This document shows, in pieces, positions 14,348-25,145 of a stretch of 64,000 nt of DNA. Source of the DNA: Chrysomallon squamiferum (taxonomy: Eukaryota > Animalia > Mollusca); the NCBI GenBank assembly GCA_012295275.1, contig CM022675.1:15562001-15626000 (forward strand), written 5' to 3'. Numbering within the stretch: position 1 is the first letter of the stretch; the number at the start of each line of letters is the position of its first letter. The position numbers were made by a program, and so were the translations under genes. Below the pieces are notes generated by a model. That model made no database searches. It was given only the letters and a program-made list of their open reading frames with translations, and had not been told where the DNA came from.

Positions 14348-15403
14348 GGTGGTGTTGGTGCTGTCGTAGTTGTGATTTTACTGTGGACTAAATGGTAAGT
14401 TTGTTTCTTGATGATAATAATAATAATAATAATAATAATAATTAAGAATAAAATGATTAATAACTGAATAAAATGTAATATTCTACTGAAATATATGTAT
14501 GTTGATATACATACATGTATATACATATATAGATAGATATAGAAATGGATGTATTATGTGGGTGTATTATTTTGCTCCAGAAGACGTGCTGAACATTTAC
14601 AACGTGGTCGCACACATCCGAGTTATAAAGTAACAGCGACATCGACGTCGGCAGATTATGAATTTGAATCAGAAAATCAAGGAAACCACAGTGTTTACTA
14701 CAACGTCCCAAACGGAGTTACAGTCAACGTGGAAAACAGAAATGATAACGACTACGACATCGTAGATCATAAAACAGTTCCCAATAACAGATGGATTGCT
14801 GACGTCAACAATGACTTTATGAGACACCGAATATCATCTCTGCAACTACGACAACGTCTGAAATTGAAAAACATTTCTCAAGCAGTCATGACGAAGACTA
14901 CAACAACGCACATACAACAAATACAGCAACTGGTACATCTAACATCTACAACCACCTTGCTGGGGACAACAACGGTGACTGCGATACCTGTGATAAGAAA
15001 AAGAAAACAACTACGTCTGATCTCTACAGCAGGCTTGGTGTCGACAATGACAGCGACTACGACAGCACAAACAAAGAAAAGACAACTGCAACTGTTTCTG
15101 ACGTCTACAACCATTTCGTTGATTCTAAAGACTACAACGCCATGGACAGAAACCCGGCAACTGCGACGACAACATCAGAACTGTATAACCATCTTAACCA
15201 ACCTGAAAGTGACAGCTACGACATCGCTTGATAAAGTGACTTCAGAATTATCGCTACCCAGTCTATATAGACTTATTGATACAACGAAATCAGAAATCTC
15301 TGATAACGTCCACGACGATTCCGACAACAACGACAACGTTTCTGAAGGCAGTGGAAATTTTTATTTTGTTCTGGAAAATTCTGATTTAAAAGAATCTCGC
15401 TAA
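14345..15403 (+). pseudogene. Truncated paralogue (TM + cytoplasmic exons) of the CTL/WSC receptor at 19-24 kb
   Basis: 14345-14394 (GGGVGAVVVVILLWTK, donor GTAAGT) matches the TM exon 22999-23074, and 14581-15403 aligns with 23431-24314. The junction codon is TG|A (stop; CG|A in the paralogue), there is a 1-nt deletion near 14817, and no acceptor precedes the TM exon. Confidence 0.8.
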
Positions 15404-16398
15404 AACGTGAGCAGTCTGAAATGAAAGTCAAATTGCACCAACTGGATTGTCACTGGCGAGCTCCAGCATGAAAACACAAATACAGCGTTATTGATACCAG
15501 AATCCGCTACACGAAAACAACCACATCAATATGGAGAACACAGATCACATAGAACGTCTACACCTCAACTGATCACTGCGAGAATAAAATATGTTTTTGA
15601 ACTACAAATAAAAATATTGTTATACTAAAATTTATTTTAAAAAGAATGCTATCTATGTAATTTTCTTTCTCTGGGAAAATGTATATAAGAGATCCCTTGC
15701 TGGTTTGCTTTTTTATTTGTAATAGAAGCCCATGCAGATGGTTCCTTATTATTATCTGCGTGATCCGTAACCATAATGTGTGACTACATACATATATATG
15801 CTTATATTTTTATTATCCTAACGTTTAATTTTTTTACTTTGTTTTGTTTTCCTGTATTTGTATACTGTAACCTATTAAACAACTGTTTCTGTTTTATAAC
15901 TGTATTCTTCTCTGTTTTGTGTCTATAGTCATGCTGATTTTTTTACGAAATAAATAAACTGAGCTGAATTGTAGTTATAGTGGTAGTGGTAGTAGTAGTA
16001 GCTGCCGTACAGTAAGTATCATCTCGTTGTTACGTTGTGACTGCGCACACCGTCACCCAGGTAAAACACAAATAATGAGTCCCGGGACATCGACAGATCC
16101 TCACTGGTACATTTCAGCTTGTCCCGCTAAGTTGACACAATTTTGAGATGATTTATACAAGTTGTCGACTTCGCGGGACATAACCGCTTCACTAGTGGCA
16201 GCATATAATTATTAAATAAAATATACAGGGACAAATTGAACTGGAAAATTTTAGTTTTATTTCTGACCCACACCCACGTGAATTTGAGCAAAGCCTTTAT
16301 CGTATTTAAACTAATACAAAAAATATATTAAATACGAGCACGTTTTATGTTTAAAATCAAGCAGATTCACAGAAAATGTTACAGGATATAACTAAATT

Positions 16399-16822
16399 CA
16401 GTGGAACCTCGGTTACGAACTCCTCGAAGCAAAAGGATGGTTATGACGTCAACATCTAGAAAAGATAAAAATAGATGCTTACGTCAGAACCGAGGTCAAA
16501 GTAAGGATTATAGAAATGCCCTATACAAATATATATTCAAATGAATTAGGGCTTTTAGTCTTCGATACGCAGGTGCAGCTCAATAGCTGTTGCATTCAGA
16601 TTGCGTGCTCACATTTTTTAAAGTGTTGCTGCTTATTTTATATTTTTTATTATACCCTATCCAATACGGCGTCCAAGAAAACAAAACGTGAAAGCGATAA
16701 TGCTGGTGGAAAGTATAAACGCATCACAGTAGAGGTTAAGAAAGAAATAATTGCAAAAAATGAGAGTGGTGTTCGTGTGTCTGATATCACTTCTTTTTAG
16801 TTCTTAACCCGAGGTTCCACTG
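16399..16822 (+). mobile_element. Non-autonomous Tigger/pogo (TcMar) element
   Basis: TIRs CAGTGGAACCTCGG...CCGAGGTTCCACTG followed by TA. Internal remnant of a Tigger-type N-terminal HTH (KRITVEVKKEIIAKNESGVRVSDI). Confidence 0.85.
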
Positions 16823-16854
16823 TAAACTGACAAAGCGAATTTAAAATATATGTA

Positions 16855-17037
16855 CAGGTAGCGGATCAATTATCCGGCGTCCTGAAATCCGGAAAAACAG
16901 AAAAACGGAATTTTTTCCCGACGCTATTTTCATAGATCGCGCGCGCGGATGTCGTCCTCACCAGACCTGAACTACTCTTTCAAGCCGCGTGGCGTTCATT
17001 CACTCGCCGCAGTGTTTAATAATTGCTCCAGTACCTG
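16855..17037. mobile_element. TcMar-type MITE
   Basis: Imperfect TIRs CAGGTAGCGGATCAATTAT / ATAATTGCTCCAGTACCTG, both flanked by TA. Confidence 0.75.
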
Positions 17038-17079
17038 TATATATATATATATATAATATTAATTCGCTTTGTCAATATA

Positions 17080-17330
17080 CAGCGGAACCTCGGGTTATAT
17101 ATATTATTATATGACACCAGTCTGCATGGTTTTGAACTGATGTTTACAGCTGGTCCCATAGTTCGGTCTAGTACATTAATTGTACGTGCTAAGAGCGCAT
17201 CACAAAATACCACAGAATCGGTGAAACGGGCAGGAGAAGCTTTGCGTGATTTCGAGATTGTTGCGCAGTCACATGATCTATGAATGCGAAGCTCATTTTT
17301 AAGATAGCGCAGATCGGCAAGTTACGCTGA
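17080..17330 (+). mobile_element. Pogo-like MITE fragment (left TIR only)
   Basis: TA-CAGCGGAACCTCGGGTTA resembles the TIR of the 16399-16822 element; right end not found. Confidence 0.45.
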
Positions 17331-18338
17331 ATATGTTTTCCTTTTTTATACAGCCGAGTTCATTCAGCTTGTCTTGGTTTAAAACTTTTTTCTTTTATTT
17401 ATTATTTTTCCTAATGAGATGTTTCAATATATCACTTACTATGAATTTACTACTAAAACGTGGTGAGTACAAAAATGTGACAAAACACGTTGTTATCTCA
17501 TTACTACCTGGGAGACCTGACATTCGTCAACTTCAAAGTTTTTAGTTTAACAAAGTGAAACAAGTAATTTTCTAGTATGGAGAGTGACTGCCATCACTAA
17601 ACATAAACAACACAAGCGACTTTATTTTGTTATAAACAATCTTCAAATGAAAATCACAGAACAGACAAACAGAATTTGAAACTGAATGAGATTAAAGCAT
17701 TTATCTGCAGACAAAGATTATTATTCTTTTACTGCACGACAAAGAATTTTTAAAATACATAAACTACATTACAAGTAGAACGTAGACAACTGTGAAGATG
17801 ATCTAAATTAATTACAGCTGTTTGTTTAATTAGTATTAACATTCTCTGTATGACTGAGTGTTATAAAACTGAGATATACTACTTGTGTAATCTCTGTCCC
17901 AGGTAATACCCCACCCAGATTTTTATGTTTCAAAATCATTCTGTAACAAAACAACTGCTTTTCATTATTTATATTGCATAGATTTTCAAACATCGAATTT
18001 TATTTCATGAAATGATATATTTTATAAGCAACTAAGTATACACCAATGCCTGATATTTACGAACTTATTATTAATTGTTTTCAAACAAATGTTACAATGA
18101 TTGTTGTTTGTTTTTTTCTTTATAAACAAGACATTTACTATATTATTAGACCAGTAATATCCAATACTTCTTATTTATCAGTTTTGCAAACAACTGAAGT
18201 AGACACTGGGTTTTAGTATAATATTGTCCCTTCTCTCTGTAATCTAACGTTGTCATCCTGAACATTAGCTGAGAATAGATGTTTACGAAAATAGGCTGGG
18301 ATTACGTGTATAGCAAAAGGGGCTGAAAAAAATATCTG

Positions 18339-18465
18339 AAAATTAGCTGTTTTACGTGTTTATCAAATTAAGTTGGAAATTGTTGTTTATGTGAAAATTA
18401 GCTGTTTTACGTGTTTATCAAATTAAGCTGGAAATAGATGTTTATGTGAAAATAAGTTGGAAATA
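18339..18465. repeat. ~55-bp tandem repeat, 2+ copies
   Basis: GAAAATTAGCTGTTTTACGTGTTTATCAAATTAAGYTGGAAAT... repeated. Confidence 0.85.
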
Positions 18466-18980
18466 TATATGTGTGTCTCTGAATGTACGTACGTATTTAT
18501 TTGTACATGTATGCATGCATGCATTTGGGTATGTATGCTTATATGTATTTCTGTATTTGTGCATTTTTGCATTATATATATATGTATATTTGTATGTATG
18601 TATGTTTATCCATGTATGTATGTATGCATACATGTGCGCATGTATGTATTTATGTATTTGCGTATGCATGTATGTATGTATGTATGTATGTAGCTATGTA
18701 ATTCAAACAGCTTGCATTAGTAAAGGAGGCGCATCACAACACAACATTACAGTGTATTCTGTGTACCCATTCACTGATAAACTTTATCGTGAGGCTGCTA
18801 GCTGTGTGTGCTGAACGTTTCAGTTGACAAATTTTACCTACAATAGACTCGTGATCAGTTTTACATTCTTCTTTCTATTAATATCTACTTCGTGGCTCGT
18901 TTTAGCAAAACTCGGTTTTATATCGTCTTGTGTAAGAAGTTTCATATATAAAAGTAAACAGAAGAAAACAAAAAGAAATA

Positions 18981-19047
18981 ATGAATTTAGTAACAGCAGT
19001 GATTATATTTACAATCTACAATCAGGTTACAGGTGCAGAAAGACTAA
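18981..19047 (+). CDS. Exon 1, signal peptide
   Basis: [22 protein letters not shown], phase-1 donor GTAAGT. Confidence 0.7.
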
Positions 19048-20854
19048 GTAAGTTTTTTTATTTATTTAAATTAATTGTGCGTTGTCTTTCAAGTCCTTTC
19101 AAATATGTATAAGGCAAGTGGACATAACGTAAAATTTTAAATGTTATTTAAGTTATATTTAGGGATTAATATTGATTATTTAGGGATTAATAAAATTGTG
19201 ATAATAACAATAACAATAACAATAATAATAATAATAATGATAATGGTGATAACAACGATAACAATAACAATTATAATAACAACATCAATAACAATGATAA
19301 TAAGGGACACAACTCCACTTAAAATAACGATAATAACTAATAATAACGATCATGCAGCAACATAAATAAAATAATTATTCATAAATTAACACAGGTCCAT
19401 GGTCTGACAGAAAACAAGAAGAAATGTTAGAAGAATATTTTACACTGGATAAAAACAAACTTGGTGGGAGGCAGCGTATTCTGGCTGTGAGGAGGCAGGA
19501 GGCAGACTCGTTGTTCATCATTCTAGTGCAGACTATAAAAAAGTTGATTCCTTGATGGAAGAACAACAAAGACTATTGGGTAGGAGCTTTAGAGACGTTT
19601 ACACCGTGGATGTGGACTGGTAGGTATAATTTTATTAATAATTTCAATTTCATTTAGAAAATAAATAAATTTTAATGTTTTATGAAAGTTTGATCATTTT
19701 TTACCACATCAACAGAAACAACAAGACCTCTAATAACAATTATAACACAATAAATAAAGAAAGAAATGAACAAATAAACAAATAATTGCTTTATGTTGTT
19801 GTTTGGCTTTTTTCTTCTTCTTTTTTTTTTTTTTTTAATTATTAATTTTGTTTTATAATTTTGACTTTATTTATTTATTTATTTATTTATTTATTTGTTT
19901 ATTTATTTATTGTTGTTGTTGTTGTTGTTGTTTTCAGAGACGAATGACAAATTATTCCAGTACGTTGGAGATATCGATGTTGGGAGTTTGAGTAGTAAAA
20001 ACACAATACAAGACAATGATGCTTTTAAATGCTTCCAGCAATGTAAACCGAGCAATGGAAAAATTGGTTTACAGGTTGGTAAATTCTTCTCTTCATAAAG
20101 ACTGAATTTAAAACAAAAAGTGTTAAATATATTCTTGTTTTATGTTACCTGAGTCACACAAATAATATTTTTATTTATTTATTTATTTATTATTTGTATT
20201 ATTACTCTTTTTTGTTTTTCATTTTTTTTTTTTTTTTTTTTTTTTTTGTAGGGAAAGCAGTGTTACTGTAAAATCTCTGACACAGAAAGTCCTGTGAAGT
20301 CAACTACAAAACGAGTTCGATGTGCAGGGACATATGAAGAATACTGCGGAGGAAGAAATACAATTTCTATTTATAGAATAGGTAACACAAATATACTTTA
20401 ACAATTTTTAAATATTTATCTTTTTTATAGTATTTTATTAACATCAGTAGATGAAGGTATAAGTCTGTGATTTTGAATGGTCGAGAGAAAAACTGAATGA
20501 ACAAAAGAATAAATGAATGAATCAATCAGTCAGTCAATGATTAAAGATGGCTGTTGGTCAAACCTTTATTTTCTTTCTTCCCTGATGATGATCATGGTCA
20601 CAGATATATATTTATAGATATAGCAATGTATGAATTATTCTTTTTATAGATCTTCCGTCTTCAGTTCAAATCGACGACAGCGCTGACGGAATCAAGCGCT
20701 GCGGCTACGTCAAGTTCAATTCTGACAATTTTACAATTGGTTTTCAAGACTGTGACAGATACAGAACATATCTTCTCTGTCCAGGTCATTTTTAAAATTA
20801 ATTTCAAGTAGTATCACTACTACCTGTAGTAGTAGTAGTAGCAGTAGCAGTAGC

Positions 20855-20892
<38 letters not shown>

Positions 20893-21314
20893 CAGTTGTA
20901 GTATTTATAATAGAAGTAAGTATTTTAGTAGTTTTTATTTTATATTTTTGTTATCACTTACTTTTTATTTACTTTTAAAAAGAATACATAAAATATAACA
21001 GGATCTACTTTTGCAAAGACGGGACATGTTTTCGAAAATGGACGAGTAATTGGAACAGGGCAAGCAGATATTGCAGTGGACGTCTGTCTAAACTAACCAA
21101 TAATACAATCTCAGCAATGAAAAAATATCTGACTACGTCAGAAAAACAACAGCGACACTATTGGCTTGGACTTCACAGAGAAGTTGAATGGAGATGGATT
21201 GATGGTAAGTTTGATATGATTTTCTTATTTATTATTATTATTATGATTATTATGATTATTATGATTATTATGATTATTATTATTATTATCACCCAGCGTT
21301 TATCATCATCATCA

Positions 21315-21345
<31 letters not shown>

Positions 21346-21889
21346 CATCATCATCATCATTATTTTCATTGTTGGGTGTGTTTATAGTCAGACATCAGCT
21401 CCAGAGCTGAATCATCTGTCTAGTGCGACAAAAAGAGAAATCTATTTTTAATTCTGTTTTTCTTCTTTAATCAATTAATGTTTCAACATCACAAACAGAT
21501 TTATTACTTCATATCAAATAATCTCTAAACAGAAACGTATTTTATTTCAGGTAGCGAAGTGTTGTACAAGAAACCAGTTTCTGATAAAACGGAGTTTCTT
21601 AAAAGTCTGGTTTGGCTCGTTAATAGTGCAGATGAGGAATTTTATGATTATTACTCTCCACAGACTAAATTTCAGACAATTTGTCAGAAGTGTGAGTATA
21701 AACAATATAGTAACAACTAAAACAGTATGGATTCTTGAATGTATGTAGGTATGTGTGTGTATCTATATATTATGCATGCATGCATGTACGTTTGTATGCG
21801 TGTGCATGTGTGTGTGTGTAAGTTTCAGTTTGTAACAGGGTAAAACACAAAAGGAAACACTTAAAATATTTGGTTTGTCCTGTCTATGA

Positions 21890-21983
<94 letters not shown>

Positions 21984-22041
21984 GTGTGTGTGGCATGAAA
22001 TAACAGATACTTCAATTCTTCAATTTTAAAATCAGCTGCTT

Positions 22042-22094
<53 letters not shown>

Positions 22095-22439
22095 ATCTAG
22101 CGTCCTCTAGAGATACATTTTTATATATTTACAGATAATGTAACTACATCAGTAACAAAGTCCACAGCAGTGACAACGCCTGCAAAACAGTCCCCCAAAA
22201 CAACAGCAGCTACGCCAAAATTGTCAACATCCAAACTTTTCTCCAATCCGTCGTTTTCTTCTGCTTCTGAACCAACAACATCAGGGGAGATAATTCCAAG
22301 GAAACAATCCGCTGAGACTCGACATCCATCAAACAAATCAGGTTAGTTTTAATTTTACTATTTTGTTTTAATAATTTTAACTTACCAGATTTATTATACA
22401 AAATTTAGTTTAATAGATTCATTTGACTAGTTTTTTATT

Positions 22440-22482
<43 letters not shown>

Positions 22483-24139
22483 TTTTTCCTAGTTTTAATT
22501 TACTAAATTTATTTACTCTTTAATTCATTAAATTTATTTTATTAATTTTCTGATAAGTATTCATTTACTAGTTTTGTTCAAATTAAGTTTATTTATTTTT
22601 ATTTTTATACTGTGCTAAATGGCTTATTTAATTTACAATAATTATTTACTCGTTTTTAATTTACTAACTTTATTTTACTAGGTTTGTGTTAATTTACTAG
22701 ATTTATTCTGCTAACCTTATTAAATTAATTAAATATATTTTCATTCTTATTTATTTATTTATTTACTTACTTACTTAAAATTATTTTATTTTAATATTTT
22801 TTTGTAATTCTTTTTATATAATTTAATTTGAAAATGGAGAAAATGATGCGTTATATCTGTGTTAAAATTAATAAATTTATTTCAGTAATCAGTGAAATAA
22901 ATAAATAAATAAAAAATAAATAAATAAATAAATAAAAAGCATTTACATAGTTAATTGTTCTTAGATTAAATTCAATGTTATTATGTAATTATTTTCAGCA
23001 TCTGTTGGTGGTGGTGTCGCTATTGCTGTAGCGGTTTTAGTTGTCATTGTTGTCATTGTAGTTTGGACAAAACGGTGAGAATTGCTTGTAAAAAATTATT
23101 AAAGAAAATTATTAAATTCATGTAGCAGAAATAACAGGGGGAAAAAAGGATTACATTTGAAAAACAATAGAGAAAAAAAAAATGAATGAATGAAAAAGAA
23201 AGAAAAGATTATATTCTTTATCATATTTGTTAGAAATGGTGAAAGAAAAATATGAAAGAAAGAAAAAATCTACACATTTCACTGTTATTCTTCTCAGTTA
23301 ACGTCAGTTTAATTTGAAATGTAAAATAGTTTTTCCTTTGAATTACCAGAGTCGTCACGACAGAAACTCGTATAATAAAACTAACTTAGTATTTCACAGT
23401 TTAAATTTAAATAATGTCTTCATTTTTCAGAACACGTCGATTTTGTTTTAAAACTCAGAAGTTACCAGAATTAAGAATTACATTTAAAAAAAGAAACAAT
23501 GAAATCAGCTCTGCTGAAGATTTACAACCTGGTCACGCAAATCCGAGTTATGAGGTAACAACGACGTCGACGTCGGGAGAAAATCAAGGAAACCACAGTG
23601 TTTACTACAACGTCGCAAACGGAGTTACTATCAACATGGAAAACAGAAATGAAAACGACTACATCGCAGATGTTAAAGCACTTCCATATAACAGATCTTC
23701 TGCTGACGACAACGATGACGATAATGACACAGCGGATATCAACACGGCAACTACTACAACGCCTGAAGTGGACAATCACCTGTCAAGCAGCCATGACGGA
23801 GACTACAACAACACAGATACATCAAATACAACAACTCATACATCTAACATCTACAACAACCTTGCTGGGGACAACAACGGTGACTACGATACCTGTGATG
23901 AGAAAAAGAAAACAACTACGTCTGATCTCTACAACCGGCTTGATGTCCACAATGACAGCGATTACGACAGCACAAGCAAAGAAAAGACAACTGCAACTGT
24001 ATCTGACGTCTACAGCCACCTCGTTGATTCTGACGACTACGACACCATAGACAGGAAATCTCCAACATCAACAACAACATCAGAAGTGTATAACCATCTT
24101 AACCAACGTGACAGCGACAGCTACGACACCGCTTCATAA
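18981..24139 (+). CDS. 10-exon type I membrane receptor: SP - CTL(WSC inserted) - CTL - mucin stalk - TM - Tyr-rich tail (exon 2 frameshifted as assembled)
   Basis: Exons with GT/AG ends and consistent phases: 18981-19047, 19395-19619, 19938-20074, 20252-20381, 20650-20784, 20983-21204, 21551-21691, 22135-22341, 22999-23074, 23431-24139. Confidence 0.85.
19395..19619 (+). CDS. Exon 2, N-terminal half of C-type lectin domain 1 (two compensating indels)
   Basis: [18 protein letters not shown] lies in one frame and [19 protein letters not shown] in the entry frame, which has TGA at 19553. Confidence 0.7.
19938..20381 (+). CDS. Exons 3-4, WSC domain
   Basis: FQYVG...[11 protein letters not shown]...IGLQ|GKQCYC...[21 protein letters not shown] matches the WSC Cys pattern. 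Confidence 0.85.
20650..20784 (+). CDS. Exon 5, C-terminal half of C-type lectin domain 1
   Basis: [30 protein letters not shown] supplies the CTL C-terminal Cys trio. Confidence 0.75.
20983..21691 (+). CDS. Exons 6-7, second C-type lectin-like domain
   Basis: GTCF...[17 protein letters not shown]...[17 protein letters not shown]|SEV...FQTICQK. Confidence 0.8.
21896..21981. repeat. (GA)n microsatellite (intronic)
   Basis: Direct reading. Confidence 0.97.
22135..22341 (+). CDS. Exon 8, Ser/Thr/Pro mucin-like stalk
   Basis: [28 protein letters not shown]..., phase 1-1. Confidence 0.8.
22999..23074 (+). CDS. Exon 9, transmembrane helix
   Basis: [26 protein letters not shown], phase-2 donor. 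Confidence 0.85.
23431..24139 (+). CDS. Exon 10, cytoplasmic tail with repeated paired tyrosine motifs
   Basis: Basic stop-transfer segment, then YNNL..YDTC, YNRL..YDST, YSHL..YDTI, YNHL..YDTA*. Confidence 0.85.
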
Positions 24140-24547
24140 AGTGACTTCCGAATTATCGCTACCCTGTCTGTATAGACTAATTGCCTCGTCTAACAATCAA
24201 ATTCCCTCTAGCAAATCAGAAATCTCCGATAACATCCACGACGATTCCAACAACATAGACAACGTTTCTGAAGGCCATGGAAACGTTTATTTTGTTCTGG
24301 ATAACTCTGATTGAAAATAATCAAAGTACTAACTAAATCTATATTTTGATACAAAATTTGTCGTCTGCTACGAAGTGTTTTTCAAACCTATGTTAACAGT
24401 GTCTCACACCACATTTTTATTTTTATCATGATTTTTTTTAGTTTATTTTTACTTGTTTTTTTTTTTTAATTTTGTAAATTCTTATCTTCTTCTTTGTTTT
24501 TTGTTTTTTTTAAATCCACGTTATTATAGTATTATATCACTGTATTA

Positions 24548-24601
<54 letters not shown>

Positions 24602-24898
24602 TAATCCTTGTTAACAGTGTCTGATACCACAGTGTTTTATTTATTTATTTTGTATTTATATATATTAAACCCGATGTTAATAGTTGTCTTATAGCACCTT
24701 TGTTGTTTTATTACTTTTACCTTTTATTTTGTATTTGGACTTTATCCTAACATCTATATGAACTTTTTGTTTTTCCACCTATTTTTCTGTGATTTAACCT
24801 GCACTGATGAAAAATTTGTCGCTTGAAGGAAGTGTTTTCTCAAATCCACGTTAATTAGTGTCTCATACCACCTTTTTGTTTGTTTTCTTTTCTATTAT

Positions 24899-25000
24899 CA
24901 AGGCCGGATTTCCTATATAGGCTTTCTAGGCTAGAGCCTAGGGCGGCAGTTTATGAAAAGTGTTGCCAATTGGGCGCCTAGCACAATAAATCTGGCACTG
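24899..25000. mobile_element. 102-bp hAT-type MITE
   Basis: Imperfect TIRs CAAGGCCGGATTT / AAATCTGGCACTG with a perfect 8-bp TSD TCTATTAT (24891-24898, 25001-25008). Confidence 0.85.
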
Positions 25001-25110
25001 TCTATTATTATAATTATTATTATTTTTTGCTTGTTTGTTTATGTGTTTGTTTGTTTTTTGTTTGTTTATTTATTTATTTATTTATTTTATTTATTTATTT
25101 ATTTATATAT

Positions 25111-25145
<35 letters not shown>

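Noticed and set aside
14549-15403. 284-aa ORF as an intact single-exon gene
   Set aside because: It starts inside an intron and changes frame relative to the paralogue at ~14817; the spliced product has a stop at the junction.
18946-18953. TATAAAAG as the receptor TATA box
   Set aside because: Only ~30 nt before the ATG, leaving essentially no 5' UTR; may be chance in AT-rich DNA.
23790-24139. ITIM calls in the receptor tail
   Set aside because: The Y-2 residue is N/D/D/E rather than S/I/V/L; the motifs are paired and more ITAM-like.
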